Assembly (NCBI GenBank): GCA_963772725.1
Contig: CAVYYI010000002.1
Span: 224,001 to 288,000 of the forward strand
Reading direction: 5' to 3'
From: an uncultured Phycisphaerales bacterium
Lineage (GTDB): Bacteria > Planctomycetota > Phycisphaerae > Sedimentisphaerales > Anaerobacaceae
DNA: 64,000 nt
Shown here in pieces: positions 1 through 10,184 of the stretch. The stretch's first letter is position 1. Each line of letters starts with the position of its first letter. Both the position numbers and the translations under genes were made by a program. The notes below the pieces were generated by a model. The model was not told the DNA's origin. It was given only the letters and a program-made list of their open reading frames with translations, and did no database searches.

Positions 1-1053
1 CTAAAGACAGGGAAGCTCAAAGGCAGGGCTGCAATGTGGCAGGCCTCGGCGGAAAGAATACTGCTTGCAATGACTTATGGTGAATTCGGGGCAGTTCTCA
101 ATACCCAGGACAATAGTCACGTTGCAGAGCTTTTGAATTGCAACGCAGTTCTTGAAATGGACGGACTATCCGGTTCTTCAGATAAAACAATGTTCTCGGA
201 GGCACTGACGTTGTACCTTTACCGGTATCGTCTCGCACAGGGCCCGCAGGATAAGCTCACTAACGTTATCATCCTTGAAGAAGCTCATAACCTGCTATTG
301 AAGAAGTCATCGGAATCAAAGGAATCTATTCTTGAGACATCTATAAGAATGGTAAGGCAGTACGGATTAGGTTATGTCTTTGTAGATCAATCGGCGAGTC
401 TTTTATCTAAAGTTGCATTTGCTAATAGTTACGCGACTATTGCCCTGAGCCAGAAGCTTCGCTCAGATGTGCAGGAAATTTCGGGGGCAATGAATCTTAC
501 GGATGAGCAGAAGCAGGCATTGAACACGTTGCCTATAGGTACCGCTGTTGTCAGGCTGGCCGATGAGTACCCGGAACCATTTGTCGTTAAAATCCGCCGT
601 TGTCCGATTAGAGAAGGCTGCATCTCGGATAAGGCAATTAAAGCCAGATGGGGGACTAATTACACCGATACCGGCTCGAATAGTTTTATACAGGCTTCTT
701 GTGAAGCAGTTCCACCTGTTCTGTCCCCTGATAAAAATGAAAATAAACGGGAAACAATCAATACTGAAAATAATAAAGATACCCACCCACCATCCCCCAG
801 TATAGCAGAGAATAAAAAATCCTCTGCTATAGTTACCAATCCACCAGTGAAAGAGTTGAACCGTGAAGAGATACGGTTTTTAGCCGATATAGCGGTAAGG
901 CCACTATCAACAACCGTATCCCGCTATCAGCGGCTCAACCTTTCCCGCCGTCGCGGCAATGCCATCCGCCAGCAGCTCGCAGCTGCCGATATTATAAAAC
1001 CTGTCACTATAGCTACCCGCTCCGGGCAGGTTGTATTATATGAACTAACGTAA
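1..1053 (+). pseudogene. HerA/FtsK/VirB4-like P-loop ATPase, C-terminal part with putative winged-helix tail; 5' end outside the window, 3' end truncated by IS66
   Basis: Frame is open from base 1. Walker B-like IILEEAHNL followed by RQYGLGYVFVDQS. The stop TAA (1051-1053) lies inside the IS66 terminal repeat. Confidence 0.7.
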
Positions 1054-1124
1054 CCGTCCGACCAACTACAGGTTGCGGATAGTACACAAGTGAAATTTAT
1101 TTTTACGAAGAATGGGGCTGTCGT

Positions 1125-2672
1125 TTAGTTGTTTTGAGTTGGGTTTGCTTCTGTGACAGATTTGAAATACAGCTTTTTCCAGTTTGGAGGTGTCAGTTCG
1201 GCAATCCGGCTGTTGGGGTGCGTGCTGACACGTTCAAGAACATCCCTGAAATATACGAATGGGTCAATATCACTTAGTTTGCAGCTTGCAACCAGACTGT
1301 ATATGGTCGCTGCCCTTTGGGCTCCGTTCTCATTGCCGGCAAACAGCCAGTTTTTACGCCCGAGAACAACCATTCTTAAAATCCGTTCTGAAAGATTATT
1401 ATCTATCGAAAGGATTCCGTTCTCAATATATCTGTTTAATGCTTTCCACTGACCAAGTGCATAATTTATCGCCTTGCCAATTGGACTCTTCGGCAAAATC
1501 TGTAGCGACCAGCTATCAATGACTCTGCGAATCTCTTCGAGAATGGGTTTACTCTTTTCCTGACGCAGTGACTTTATACTGTCAGCGTCAAGGTTACGTC
1601 TCTTTGCATCACGTTCCACATCGTAGAGACTGCCTATCAATGCGAGCATAATCCCGGCTCGCTCCTTATCAGTCTCAATAGCCTCATCAAACTTGCGCCT
1701 GCAATGCGCCCAGCAGCCTACCTCAGTACATCTGCCTTCGGCAAAGAGCTTGTCGTAACCCTTGTATGCATCCGCCTGTATATATCCGCTGTAACTCCCC
1801 AGAAAATTGATAGGCCCATCCCGACATCGTGTCGGTGTAAAATCGAACACAACATTATCACTCATATCGGCATATACCCATAAATAACCGTCATAAGTGC
1901 TTTTACGATCCTTGCACTGAACAGGGATGGTCGTATCATCGGTATGAATCTTAGGCGATTTTAACAACTGCCTCTTCATTTCTTTGGCGATAGGCTCAAG
2001 CAGACCGGCACATTGCCCTACCCAGTCACACATAGTGGAACGCCTGATTTCCACATCATGCCGACCGAAAATATTCTCCTGACGATTAAGCGGGAGGTGG
2101 TCGGTATATTTGCTGGTAATTATATGAGCAAGCAGTCCTGTCCCGGGACGACCCTTTTCTATGGGAAATGCAGGAAGTTCTGCTATGGATACATTTTCTT
2201 TGCAGTCAGGGCAGGCATATTTAATGCGCACATGCTGACGAACAACAAATGATGCAGGCACATAATCAAGCTGCTCTGTTATCTCTTCGCCGATTACCTG
2301 TTTTTCTTTTCCGCAGGATGGGCAGATAAGTTCCTCTTCCGGGGGATGATACTCTATCCGCTGGCGGGGTAAATCCTCAGGTAAAGGACGTCTGCCATGA
2401 TGACTGGCATTCTTTGGTTTCGGCGTTTCAACACATGCATCAGCCTTTTGTTGTTCTGCCGCAATCCTCAACTCAAGTTCTGTACAAAGACCCTCAAAAA
2501 GCAGCCTCTGGGCAGGATCAAGCTTCTCGCTCCTTCTGCCGAATACATGACGCTTGAACCAGGCCAGCTGCTGATTGAGGTCGTCAACATTAGCCAACAG
2601 TTTTAAAACCATCTCTCTGAGGGTTTCAACGTCGCTGGGCAGTTCTGTAATAGGTGTGTTTGTTGTAATCAT
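1125..2672 (-). CDS. tnpC: IS66 transposase TnpC
   Basis: FGRRSEK, CxxC zinc finger, HTDDT, QADAY, CWAHCRRKF and IDNNLSER motifs. Confidence 0.95.
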   Translation of the reverse strand: MITTNTPITELPSDVETLREMVLKLLANVDDLNQQLAWFKRHVFGRRSEKLDPAQRLLFEGLCTELELRIAAEQQKADACVETPKPKNASHHGRRPLPEDLPRQRIEYHPPEEELICPSCGKEKQVIGEEITEQLDYVPASFVVRQHVRIKYACPDCKENVSIAELPAFPIEKGRPGTGLLAHIITSKYTDHLPLNRQENIFGRHDVEIRRSTMCDWVGQCAGLLEPIAKEMKRQLLKSPKIHTDDTTIPVQCKDRKSTYDGYLWVYADMSDNVVFDFTPTRCRDGPINFLGSYSGYIQADAYKGYDKLFAEGRCTEVGCWAHCRRKFDEAIETDKERAGIMLALIGSLYDVERDAKRRNLDADSIKSLRQEKSKPILEEIRRVIDSWSLQILPKSPIGKAINYALGQWKALNRYIENGILSIDNNLSERILRMVVLGRKNWLFAGNENGAQRAATIYSLVASCKLSDIDPFVYFRDVLERVSTHPNSRIAELTPPNWKKLYFKSVTEANPTQNN

Positions 2673-2800
2673 TTATTCCGTTAAAGCTTTTTTCTACATC
2701 ATTATCCGTAACGATGACTCCTATATATCATATAATCGGATAATGTCAAGAGAAATAATGATAATATTCAAAAAAAAGTGAAATATTTTTTTTGAGATTA

Positions 2801-3160
2801 TCAAAATATGCCGTTTCCAATTGAAAATCTTTTTCGCTGATGTGCCGAACAAAGGTCTATGCCCTCGAGAACCAGCGTCAGCCTTGCCAAATCCATCTCA
2901 AGACATTTTACTGAAGAATGATGCGGCAATCGAAATACACCCTCTTCCAGCCTTTTGTACCATAGACAAAACCCCGTCCTGTCCCAGAATAGTATCTTGC
3001 ATCTGTCGCGGTAACGATTGAAAAATACAAACAGATGACCGCTTAAAGGGTCCTGCCCTAAAATAGTTTGTGTCATCGCGGCCAGACGGTCGAAACTGCA
3101 ACGCATATCAGTTGGATCAACAGAGACAAAAATACGTACCGAACAGGGTAAAGTCAGCAC
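2801..3160 (-). CDS. tnpB: IS66 accessory protein TnpB
   Basis: PTDMRCSFDRL, LFVFFNR and KILFWDRTGFCLWYKRLE motifs. Confidence 0.95.
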   Translation of the reverse strand: MLTLPCSVRIFVSVDPTDMRCSFDRLAAMTQTILGQDPLSGHLFVFFNRYRDRCKILFWDRTGFCLWYKRLEEGVFRLPHHSSVKCLEMDLARLTLVLEGIDLCSAHQRKRFSIGNGIF

Positions 3161-3507
3161 AACTGTGTTTCCTTTAATGCAGAGAAAACCTTATTGATTG
3201 TGCCCTGGTCAATGTCAGAGGGTATTTTCAGTATATGACCGCTTCTTAGTATAAGTTCCAATGGCTGCGGCTTTGGGCGTATGACGGGAACTTCGATAAA
3301 TGCCGGATTATCTGGTGTTGTTGGAGTAACGAATTTTTGAGGCTGCTGACCTGCCAGCTTTCTACGCCAAGAGTAAAATGCCCATTCGTGAAGACCTTCC
3401 TGTTTGCAAAATTGATGAATTGACAGATTGCTTGATTTGTATGTTTCCAAAACCATTTTCCAGAACTCGGTCTGGTCCGCTTTTGTGACTTTACCATTAT
3501 CGCTCAT
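3154..3507 (-). CDS. tnpA: IS66 accessory protein TnpA (HTH)
   Basis: SNLSIHQFCKQEGL...FYSWRRKL...FIEV pattern; overlaps the tnpB start. Confidence 0.9.
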   Translation of the reverse strand: MSDNGKVTKADQTEFWKMVLETYKSSNLSIHQFCKQEGLHEWAFYSWRRKLAGQQPQKFVTPTTPDNPAFIEVPVIRPKPQPLELILRSGHILKIPSDIDQGTINKVFSALKETQLC

Positions 3508-3687
3508 GATTTTGTTCCTTAAATAAACCTCAAAACCAAAAACGATTATCCCTACCTCATCAGCATTTACAATATGTACTTGGTCGGACGGTTACATCTC
3601 AAGTGACTGAACCAGCTCGCCTTCTATTTTACTTTCTTCATTTGTATTATTCATATAGTTTGCTTTTCATGAGCTTCGATTTACCTT

Positions 3688-5672
3688 TTAATTGCCGAAA
3701 CAGTCTTTGGTAATCAGATTTTCTCTGGCTTCATAATTCGGAGGAATACCAGGTTCGGTTACAGGTTTCTTTGATTCAATATTTTGGGCCACTGCAAAAT
3801 TAAGTTCAAGTATATGTGCAAGCAAATCATCTTTCATTGAAAAACCATACGCATCGCATACGGCTTCATCGAGGGCGATATGTGCATCCTTAAGTTCATT
3901 CTTGCCCGGTAATTCTAATGTACGATATAAGGCACGAAGCCCTCCTCGCATTTGTTGGCGAGCAGATTCTCGAATGCGTCTGATTTCACGCCCAGCCATA
4001 GCAATTCTATTGATTTGCTTTGTAGTGGTATCCTGAGGCCAAGGGAATGTGTCAAAGACAGACTCAGCCGTATATGTATAATCTGCTTTTAATTTTGCGC
4101 ATTTACTAATAAACCATTGCCAGTGAATATTCGATTGCAATATCCCGAAACTGTAATCATCATCAAAAGCAAATGTTTGTAATGCATCGGCAGGAACAAT
4201 GCTTTTACTGACAAACATAAATATAGGGCGTTTTGTTACACGTGAGCAAACAATATAACGACCATGAAGGGGGGCAATTACTTCAAGCCGTTCTCCTCTG
4301 TTTCTCCAATGCATCCACCACTTCTGTAAATGATTACGGTGTGCCTTTTCATCCTTGTCCTCTTTCTGTGCTTTTTCTTCAATAGCAGGAAGCACAATAT
4401 CCCGTATTCGTTTGAAGGCCCCCTTGAATCGCTGCGCATCGAGCATTGACATCTCCTGAAAATCGATAACGAAACGTTCCGGTTTGCCATCACCTGACAC
4501 TAGTTCCCGTCCTATCAAATAAGGAAATATAACGCTAGTAGAAGGAGGATCTTGTTTTATCAACATCTGTTTCTCAATAGACGAAAGCACAAAGCCTTTG
4601 TTATAGCCGGTCGTAATACCTTGAAAAACCCGTTGTGGTGTTGTATTACATAGCAAAACTTTTGCACTTCCGAGGTCGGGAGTATCCGAAAGCGCCGAAT
4701 TTATGAATATACATTCCCGATATGATAGTTCATATGTGCGCAATATGTTGCCATTATGTCTTCTACTCGAAATAGGTTTTGAATCAACTTTAAACCACAG
4801 TCGTCGTTTTTTAGGCAATAATTTTGGGTCTTGTGTTTTTACCCAATTTGCAATTGACACATGGACATTAGCTTCACCTGACCACGGTTGATTTTCGACC
4901 GCTTCAACGATTGTGCCCGTTTGAGCAATATGGTCAAGACCTCCAATTCTTGATTTATTATTGCGAATATTCTGTGTACCAACAAGGCCAGCACGTCCGC
5001 TGAAAAGATTATCCTGCGTACATTGTGGTAAATGATCATGAGCCTTTCTGAACCAATATACACAAAAATCAGCCATTCCCGGTATTTGAGGATAGGCCTT
5101 GCGTATCTTATTTACATATACTGAACCATGTTCTGGTTTAAGCTTCTTTGCACCGAGGAAAGGAGGATTTCCAATTATCACATCTACTTTTGGCCATTGC
5201 ACAGGATTACCGAGAGAATCGATCAATGCATCGGCAGCAAAGAAATTAGAATCAAGATTATCCAGCGGTAGTGGTCTCTCATTAATATGCAGTTCGTCAA
5301 TCGCTAATTTACGGGCGATCATCATTGTTACTTTTGCTAACTCTACCGCAAATGGGTTGATGTCAATGCCATAAAACTGTCGTGCTGTTACCAAACCTAA
5401 TACACCCTGTCCTGCAGCCTGCTTTGAATCTAATTCGTTCATTTTTTCATAAAGATGCCACTCAAGACGTTTCAACTCACGATATGCGATGTATAAGAAG
5501 TTTCCCGAGCCGCAGGCAGGATCGAGTACTCTGAATTCATGCATTTTGTTTTGTAGTTCACTAAGACGTGCCAGTGTTTTTGCTGATTCAATCTGCTCCC
5601 GCCATGGCTCAACAATAGTAGGGCCGACAATTTTCATAATATCAATGGGATTGGTAAAATGTGATCCAAAAG
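3688..5672 (-). pseudogene. 3' part of MmeI-like (type IIL/IIG) restriction-modification enzyme: methyltransferase and target recognition domain
   Basis: Motif I DPACGSGNFL, motif IV GNPPF, C-terminal YTAESVFDTFPWP and AHIALDEAVCDAYG. Joins in frame to 7201-8124 when the IS is removed. Confidence 0.9.
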
Positions 5673-7200
5673 GTGACTGTAGCATAAATACCGGTATATT
5701 TAAGGAAATCTTGGTGTCTTAGCCGATAAAACTCCTGGAAGAACAGAAATAAACTGAATTTTTCAGGAGACACGATTATGGCTGGGCCAGGTGAATATGT
5801 ATCGGATGTAACGGAAGGTATTACGTGTGTTAAAGATTTACCCAAAGCTAAAATCAAACGACTTTCACGCACATACAAAAAGCGTCCGTGCCCCTATTGC
5901 GGCCACCCATCCTATCGGGACAAAATATTCAGACGAAAACTGCATGACCTCGGAGACTTGGCTGGCAACCGTCCAATCGACCTTTGGGTCAGTTATTCAC
6001 AGCACTGCTGTTCAAAATGCAAGAAGTACTTCAATGCCGACCTGTGCGACCTTGCGGATCCCGGCTGCCACTATACCCGCCGGGTTGTTCACCTGGCAGT
6101 GCGATTGGTTGTGGAAGACGGCCTGCCATATCGGCCGGCATCCTGGCACTTATGGCGAGATCATCGGGTTTTCGTCCCCTGGGCTACAATTCAAAACTGG
6201 GTTGAAGCGACGGGGGGAAAAAGCTGAGAAACGAATTACTGCTGAATACCTTGATGGTGTTCTGACTGATTTCTCCGGTTATATCGCGGCGGATGAATTA
6301 TATGATGGGCCGTTCTGTGTATTGTCCATCGTGGATAACCGCACGTTCAAACGGCTCATTTACGATGTTCTTGACCATAATCCCACCCATGAAGATATGA
6401 TAAACTTCTTTCGTCGGTTCCGTACGGAACTGGATCAAAGAGGTCTGACACTGCTTGGTGTTACGACCGATGGCTCGCCGTTATACCCGGAGCCGCTGGC
6501 TCTGATATTCCCCGGTGTTGCCCACCAGGTATGTGAATTTCATGTTCTCAAGGAGATCAATAGAGAAATACTCAAAGCTGTTACGCGGGTGCGACGAGAA
6601 CTCAAAAAGAAGCTGCCCAAGCTGCAACGCGGCCGTCCATCGTCCTCGACCGCGAGAAAAGCGGCATCTCGAAAGAAAAAACAGACCGATGAGATTGCCG
6701 ATTTGTTTGAGCATCGACACTTGTTTGTGCAGCATTCGCTCAGTAAGGCAGACAAGAAGATATTCTCACGTATAACGCGAAAATGCCACAATCTGAAAAA
6801 TTTACGTTCGATCATGGATCAGGTCTACAGACTCTTTGATCGCCGTTGCCGCACGGAAACAGCCTTGGAAAGGTTGGCTGTCTTGCGCCGCCATGTTCGA
6901 CGATTCAAAACGTTGGGTCAAACTCTTAAGAAACTATTTACGCCGAATATTGAAAAGGCGTTGACCTTTCTCGATGATTCACAACTGCCATCGACATCCA
7001 ACGCGGTTGAACGAGGTTATCGTCGTCATCGAAAGATGCAAAAGAGTGTCTATAGAGTGCGAACTCAAGACCATATTAGCCAGCGTGTGGCCATTGATAT
7101 GCAGCGTGACGAGCAGTCCCAAGGCCGTTTACAAACTATAACAATGCTTCATAATGAGAGGACTGGAATGGTATGTTGCCGGTAAAGATGCTACAGAGTC
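5673..7200 (+). mobile_element. Insertion sequence, Mutator-like DDE type (IS256/ISKra4/ISLre2-related; family not resolved)
   Basis: 8-bp direct repeat TCCAAAAG at 5665-5672 and 7201-7208. Imperfect 22-bp terminal IR (GTGACTGTAGCATAAATACCGG vs GACTCTGTAGCATCTTTACCGG, 16/22). Confidence 0.9.
5778..7185 (+). CDS. Transposase in two frames: zinc finger/HTH (5778-6227) and DDE domain (about 6212-7185), joined at GGGGGGAAAAAG
   Basis: CPYC/CSKC in ORF1. IAADELY, TTDGSPLY, HQVCEFH and STSNAVER in ORF2. Confidence 0.85.
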
Positions 7201-8124
7201 TCCAAAAGCGTGTCTTTCTTCTTTATCAAGAGAATGCTCAAATAACGTACCAAAAATTTCCGGGCGCACTTTTGACCAATCTGCCTTCGATGCATGCTTA
7301 AGCAGATAAACTTCATGCTCATCTAACTCAATGCGGGCAGGATGAGCGAAAATTCCGCCATTGAAATAATCAACCCCTTCAAAACGCCCTCCTGCTGTTT
7401 TGCCCGGTGTGTTCATTTCAACAAAAAGACCGCCTATAAGATCATAGCAATCTTTGGGAGATTTACAGTCATCCAGCAGTCGCGATACCATATACTTTTC
7501 GAGAAGACCAATATCTTCACTAAAAAGAGCCACCAGCATTTGCAGAATAAAATGCTGTGCCAAATTTCGATCTATTTTGCGGCTTACAAGCCTATTAAAA
7601 CATGCAGCTAAATGATCGGCAGCTTCTCTGGTCACCGCTTCATGATTATTACCAAAAACCGGTTTTTCTTGCGTTGGATATAGAAACGCAAGCGGGCCAT
7701 ACCGTTCAGGTAAATCTTGAAGTTTAATTGTGTCAACAGGAATGTCCATCTGGGTATTAAAATCATATATCCAGAATTCATCGAAATTGCATAAAACGAC
7801 ATAACGAGGACGGTCTGGAACAAGTCGTACCCAATAGTCAAAAGCTTGTCGATAGTGACGGGTTAAATCTTCGCCCCGTTTTTTCATTTCAATTATTAAG
7901 AGAGGTTTCCAAACATAATCAGCAAATGCAGTACCGCCGCCGTCCGCTTTATTTTTTCTGATGCTAAATTCGGGATGCCCCCCCACTTCGAGGATACCTT
8001 TTTGAGAAAATGCTTGAAAAAGACGATCGAGAAATATCTGCGATTCGCCTTTTTCGTAGCCTTTAATATGTTGATTAGTCCACGTGACAAATTCTAATAA
8101 ACGTTGCGACCTCGCTTCATGCAT
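7201..8124 (-). pseudogene. 5' part of MmeI-like restriction-modification enzyme: PD-(D/E)XK nuclease and helical spacer
   Basis: EKGESQIFL, ADYVWKPLLIIEMKK, CNFDEF, FNGGIF and DWSKVRPEIFGTLFE motifs. Confidence 0.9.
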
Positions 8125-8392
8125 TTCTCAAACCTTCACCTTACGCATTTTATTTTTTATATCTCTGCTCATTCCCCAAAGTGGTCAATATATTCTTGAC
8201 GTATTACGTCCATAGGAATATCGGTTTCTTTAAGTTGAGACAAATTTTGCCTGAATTTTACAAAGTTGTGGTGAAAAGGCAAGGTAAATCTGCGGGAACG
8301 GCGGTAAGGCCCACCGGCACAGGTCATGAAAAATCCCCTGCCCACAGGTGGCAGGGCTAACAGTTTTACAAAAAATTAATAAACCGTGAGGA

Positions 8393-8422
8393 TTGACAAC
8401 CGCTGTTTGGGTGTGATATACT
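8393..8422 (+). promoter_or_regulatory. sigma70-type promoter, probably the original ppdK promoter
   Basis: TTGACA (8393-8398), 18-bp spacer ending in TGn, TATACT (8417-8422). Confidence 0.65.
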
Positions 8423-8520
8423 GCAAAATTCCGTTTTTTTAAGGTAACTCAACGTGCCGGTGCAGCATAAATTTAGAGCGATTGCGTATAATTTTTGTTA
8501 TGACGAAGTCATAATTATTA

Positions 8521-10174
8521 AAGACTTCTGCAAAATGAATGATTTTTAGCAGAGGTCGGAACGGATAAACAACGCAATGGCAGTGGAACTGATGGATTAT
8601 TGCAGCATGAGTGTGAATTTTGGTTTTTTTAAGGCCAGAAGGCCTGTTTAGAGACAGAGTATCCCCGAGAGTTCTGTCTTAGCTCTTTGAAAAGTTAATC
8701 GTTCAACGTCAACTGAGACATCAGCCGGCCTTGCGTCGGTTTGGTATTTGTGCGAATGTTTTATGGCAACGCATTTTCCCGGGCTGTTTAAGCAATATAG
8801 CAGCGGCAACGCCGATAAGACTTGCCGTCAGATGAGCGATTGTCATCTGATTACGCACGGTTTTCAATGAATAGTGCGTAGTCTGTTCAGCTTCACGGTC
8901 TCCTAACCGAGCAAAGTATTGCTCGACTGATTCTCTTTGCTTGAAAGTTTCCTTAAATTCCCTTGAATCCCTTGGGACACGCGAACGTGCATCTTCAGTG
9001 ATATCAATGTACTTGGTACAGCCGTAGCATTTGCCGGTATTGAAGGATGGAAGGTTTACCGGACAGGTGTTACTAAGTTTTTCAGCAGTCTTTTTGCTGA
9101 CCTTTAAGGGGCAGCGAAACTTGATGCGTTCACGATTGCCCTCGGTCCATCTTCCGGTCGACCTCATTTCAAGACCAGCATCACAGATGGGACAGCCGTG
9201 AGGGCCAAAAGTCTTGTCATCTTTCTGATTTCTTGGGTTGATTGGGATATATGGGTTTCCCTTCATCTTTCCAACTATAAAGGTGTACAGGTCTCTGACA
9301 TCGTAGGCCTTATCCGCAAGAAACAGAAAGCCTTTTCTGACCCTGTATCTGCGTTTGAGTTCTTTAAGCAGCTTGAAGGCAACCTGCTGGTCTGTGGTGT
9401 TGTTTGGCAGAGTTATTTCAACAAGCGATATTCCTTGTTTTGAGATTATGACATGTGTCCTGTATCCCCAGAAGAACAGCATGTTTTCCTTTTTGCCGTT
9501 GAGGACCTGACAAGAATAATAGCTCAATGTTGCAGCAGGATTTCGAGTGGGCGTCTTGGTTTTATCGGTGGTGTTTCGGGCGGGATTTTTGAGATTATTT
9601 TCTTTTGTGGCAGCCATAACAGGTTTGGAGTCAATGATCAAGGTATCAAGGCTGACTAATCCCTGTTCGATAAGCCGCTGATTTAGACGGTAATGAATTT
9701 CTTTGAGAACAGAGTTATCGGTATCTGCCAAGAAACGATAGAATTGGGATTCGTCCGGCATATTCCCGAGCGTAAAGCCGCACAGTTCCAGCAGAGGCGG
9801 ATTGGCTTGAAGATATTCGATAAGCTCAGGGACAGATTTTATTTGCTGAAGATGTTTGACGATGAGTGCTCTCAGGATGGCATGTCGTGAGTGACCTGTT
9901 CTGCCGACACCGAAGTTTCTGTCGGGCAGAATGGAAATATCGAGAGCCTGAAAGAGATAGAAGTACTTTCGCAGCAGCGATGAATTTCTGACAAGCTCCT
10001 GGAGGTCATAAAATAGTGACGTTTGAACGTGGTACATAAAAAAATCTCCTTTATTTTGGTTGTAAGTCCTTTTACTGACAACGCTTACATAATATCCAAA
10101 ATGGAGGAGATTGCAAGAAAAATAATGACATAAGTCGTTATTTAACAAATATTTATGAATTTTACAAAAGGCTT
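8521..10174 (-). mobile_element. IS4/IS5-superfamily-like insertion sequence (IS1182/ISNCY-like), copy 1
   Basis: 16-bp imperfect IR AAGACTTCTGCAAAAT / AAGCCTTTTGTAAAAT. Flanked by ATAATTATTA at 8511-8520 and 10175-10184. Confidence 0.9.
8721..10037 (-). CDS. DDE transposase, copy 1
   Basis: PDESQFYRF N-terminal domain, IIDSKPV, WGYRTH, LADKAYD, RESVEQYF. ATG at 10037 follows an AGGAG RBS. Confidence 0.9.
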   Translation of the reverse strand: MYHVQTSLFYDLQELVRNSSLLRKYFYLFQALDISILPDRNFGVGRTGHSRHAILRALIVKHLQQIKSVPELIEYLQANPPLLELCGFTLGNMPDESQFYRFLADTDNSVLKEIHYRLNQRLIEQGLVSLDTLIIDSKPVMAATKENNLKNPARNTTDKTKTPTRNPAATLSYYSCQVLNGKKENMLFFWGYRTHVIISKQGISLVEITLPNNTTDQQVAFKLLKELKRRYRVRKGFLFLADKAYDVRDLYTFIVGKMKGNPYIPINPRNQKDDKTFGPHGCPICDAGLEMRSTGRWTEGNRERIKFRCPLKVSKKTAEKLSNTCPVNLPSFNTGKCYGCTKYIDITEDARSRVPRDSREFKETFKQRESVEQYFARLGDREAEQTTHYSLKTVRNQMTIAHLTASLIGVAAAILLKQPGKMRCHKTFAQIPNRRKAG

Positions 10175-10184
10175 ATAATTATTA

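Larger units (their letters stand above)
1050..3595 (-). mobile_element. IS66-family insertion sequence (tnpA-tnpB-tnpC)
   Basis: Perfect 16-bp terminal IR GTAACCGTCCGACCAA (1050-1065 / 3580-3595). Three canonical IS66 ORFs. No target duplication. Confidence 0.95.

Noticed and set aside
8336..8357. Hairpin CCCTGCC...GGCAGGG as an attachment site or tRNA remnant at the island edge
   Set aside because: No tRNA features and no matching repeat or integrase in the window. It may be an ordinary hairpin.
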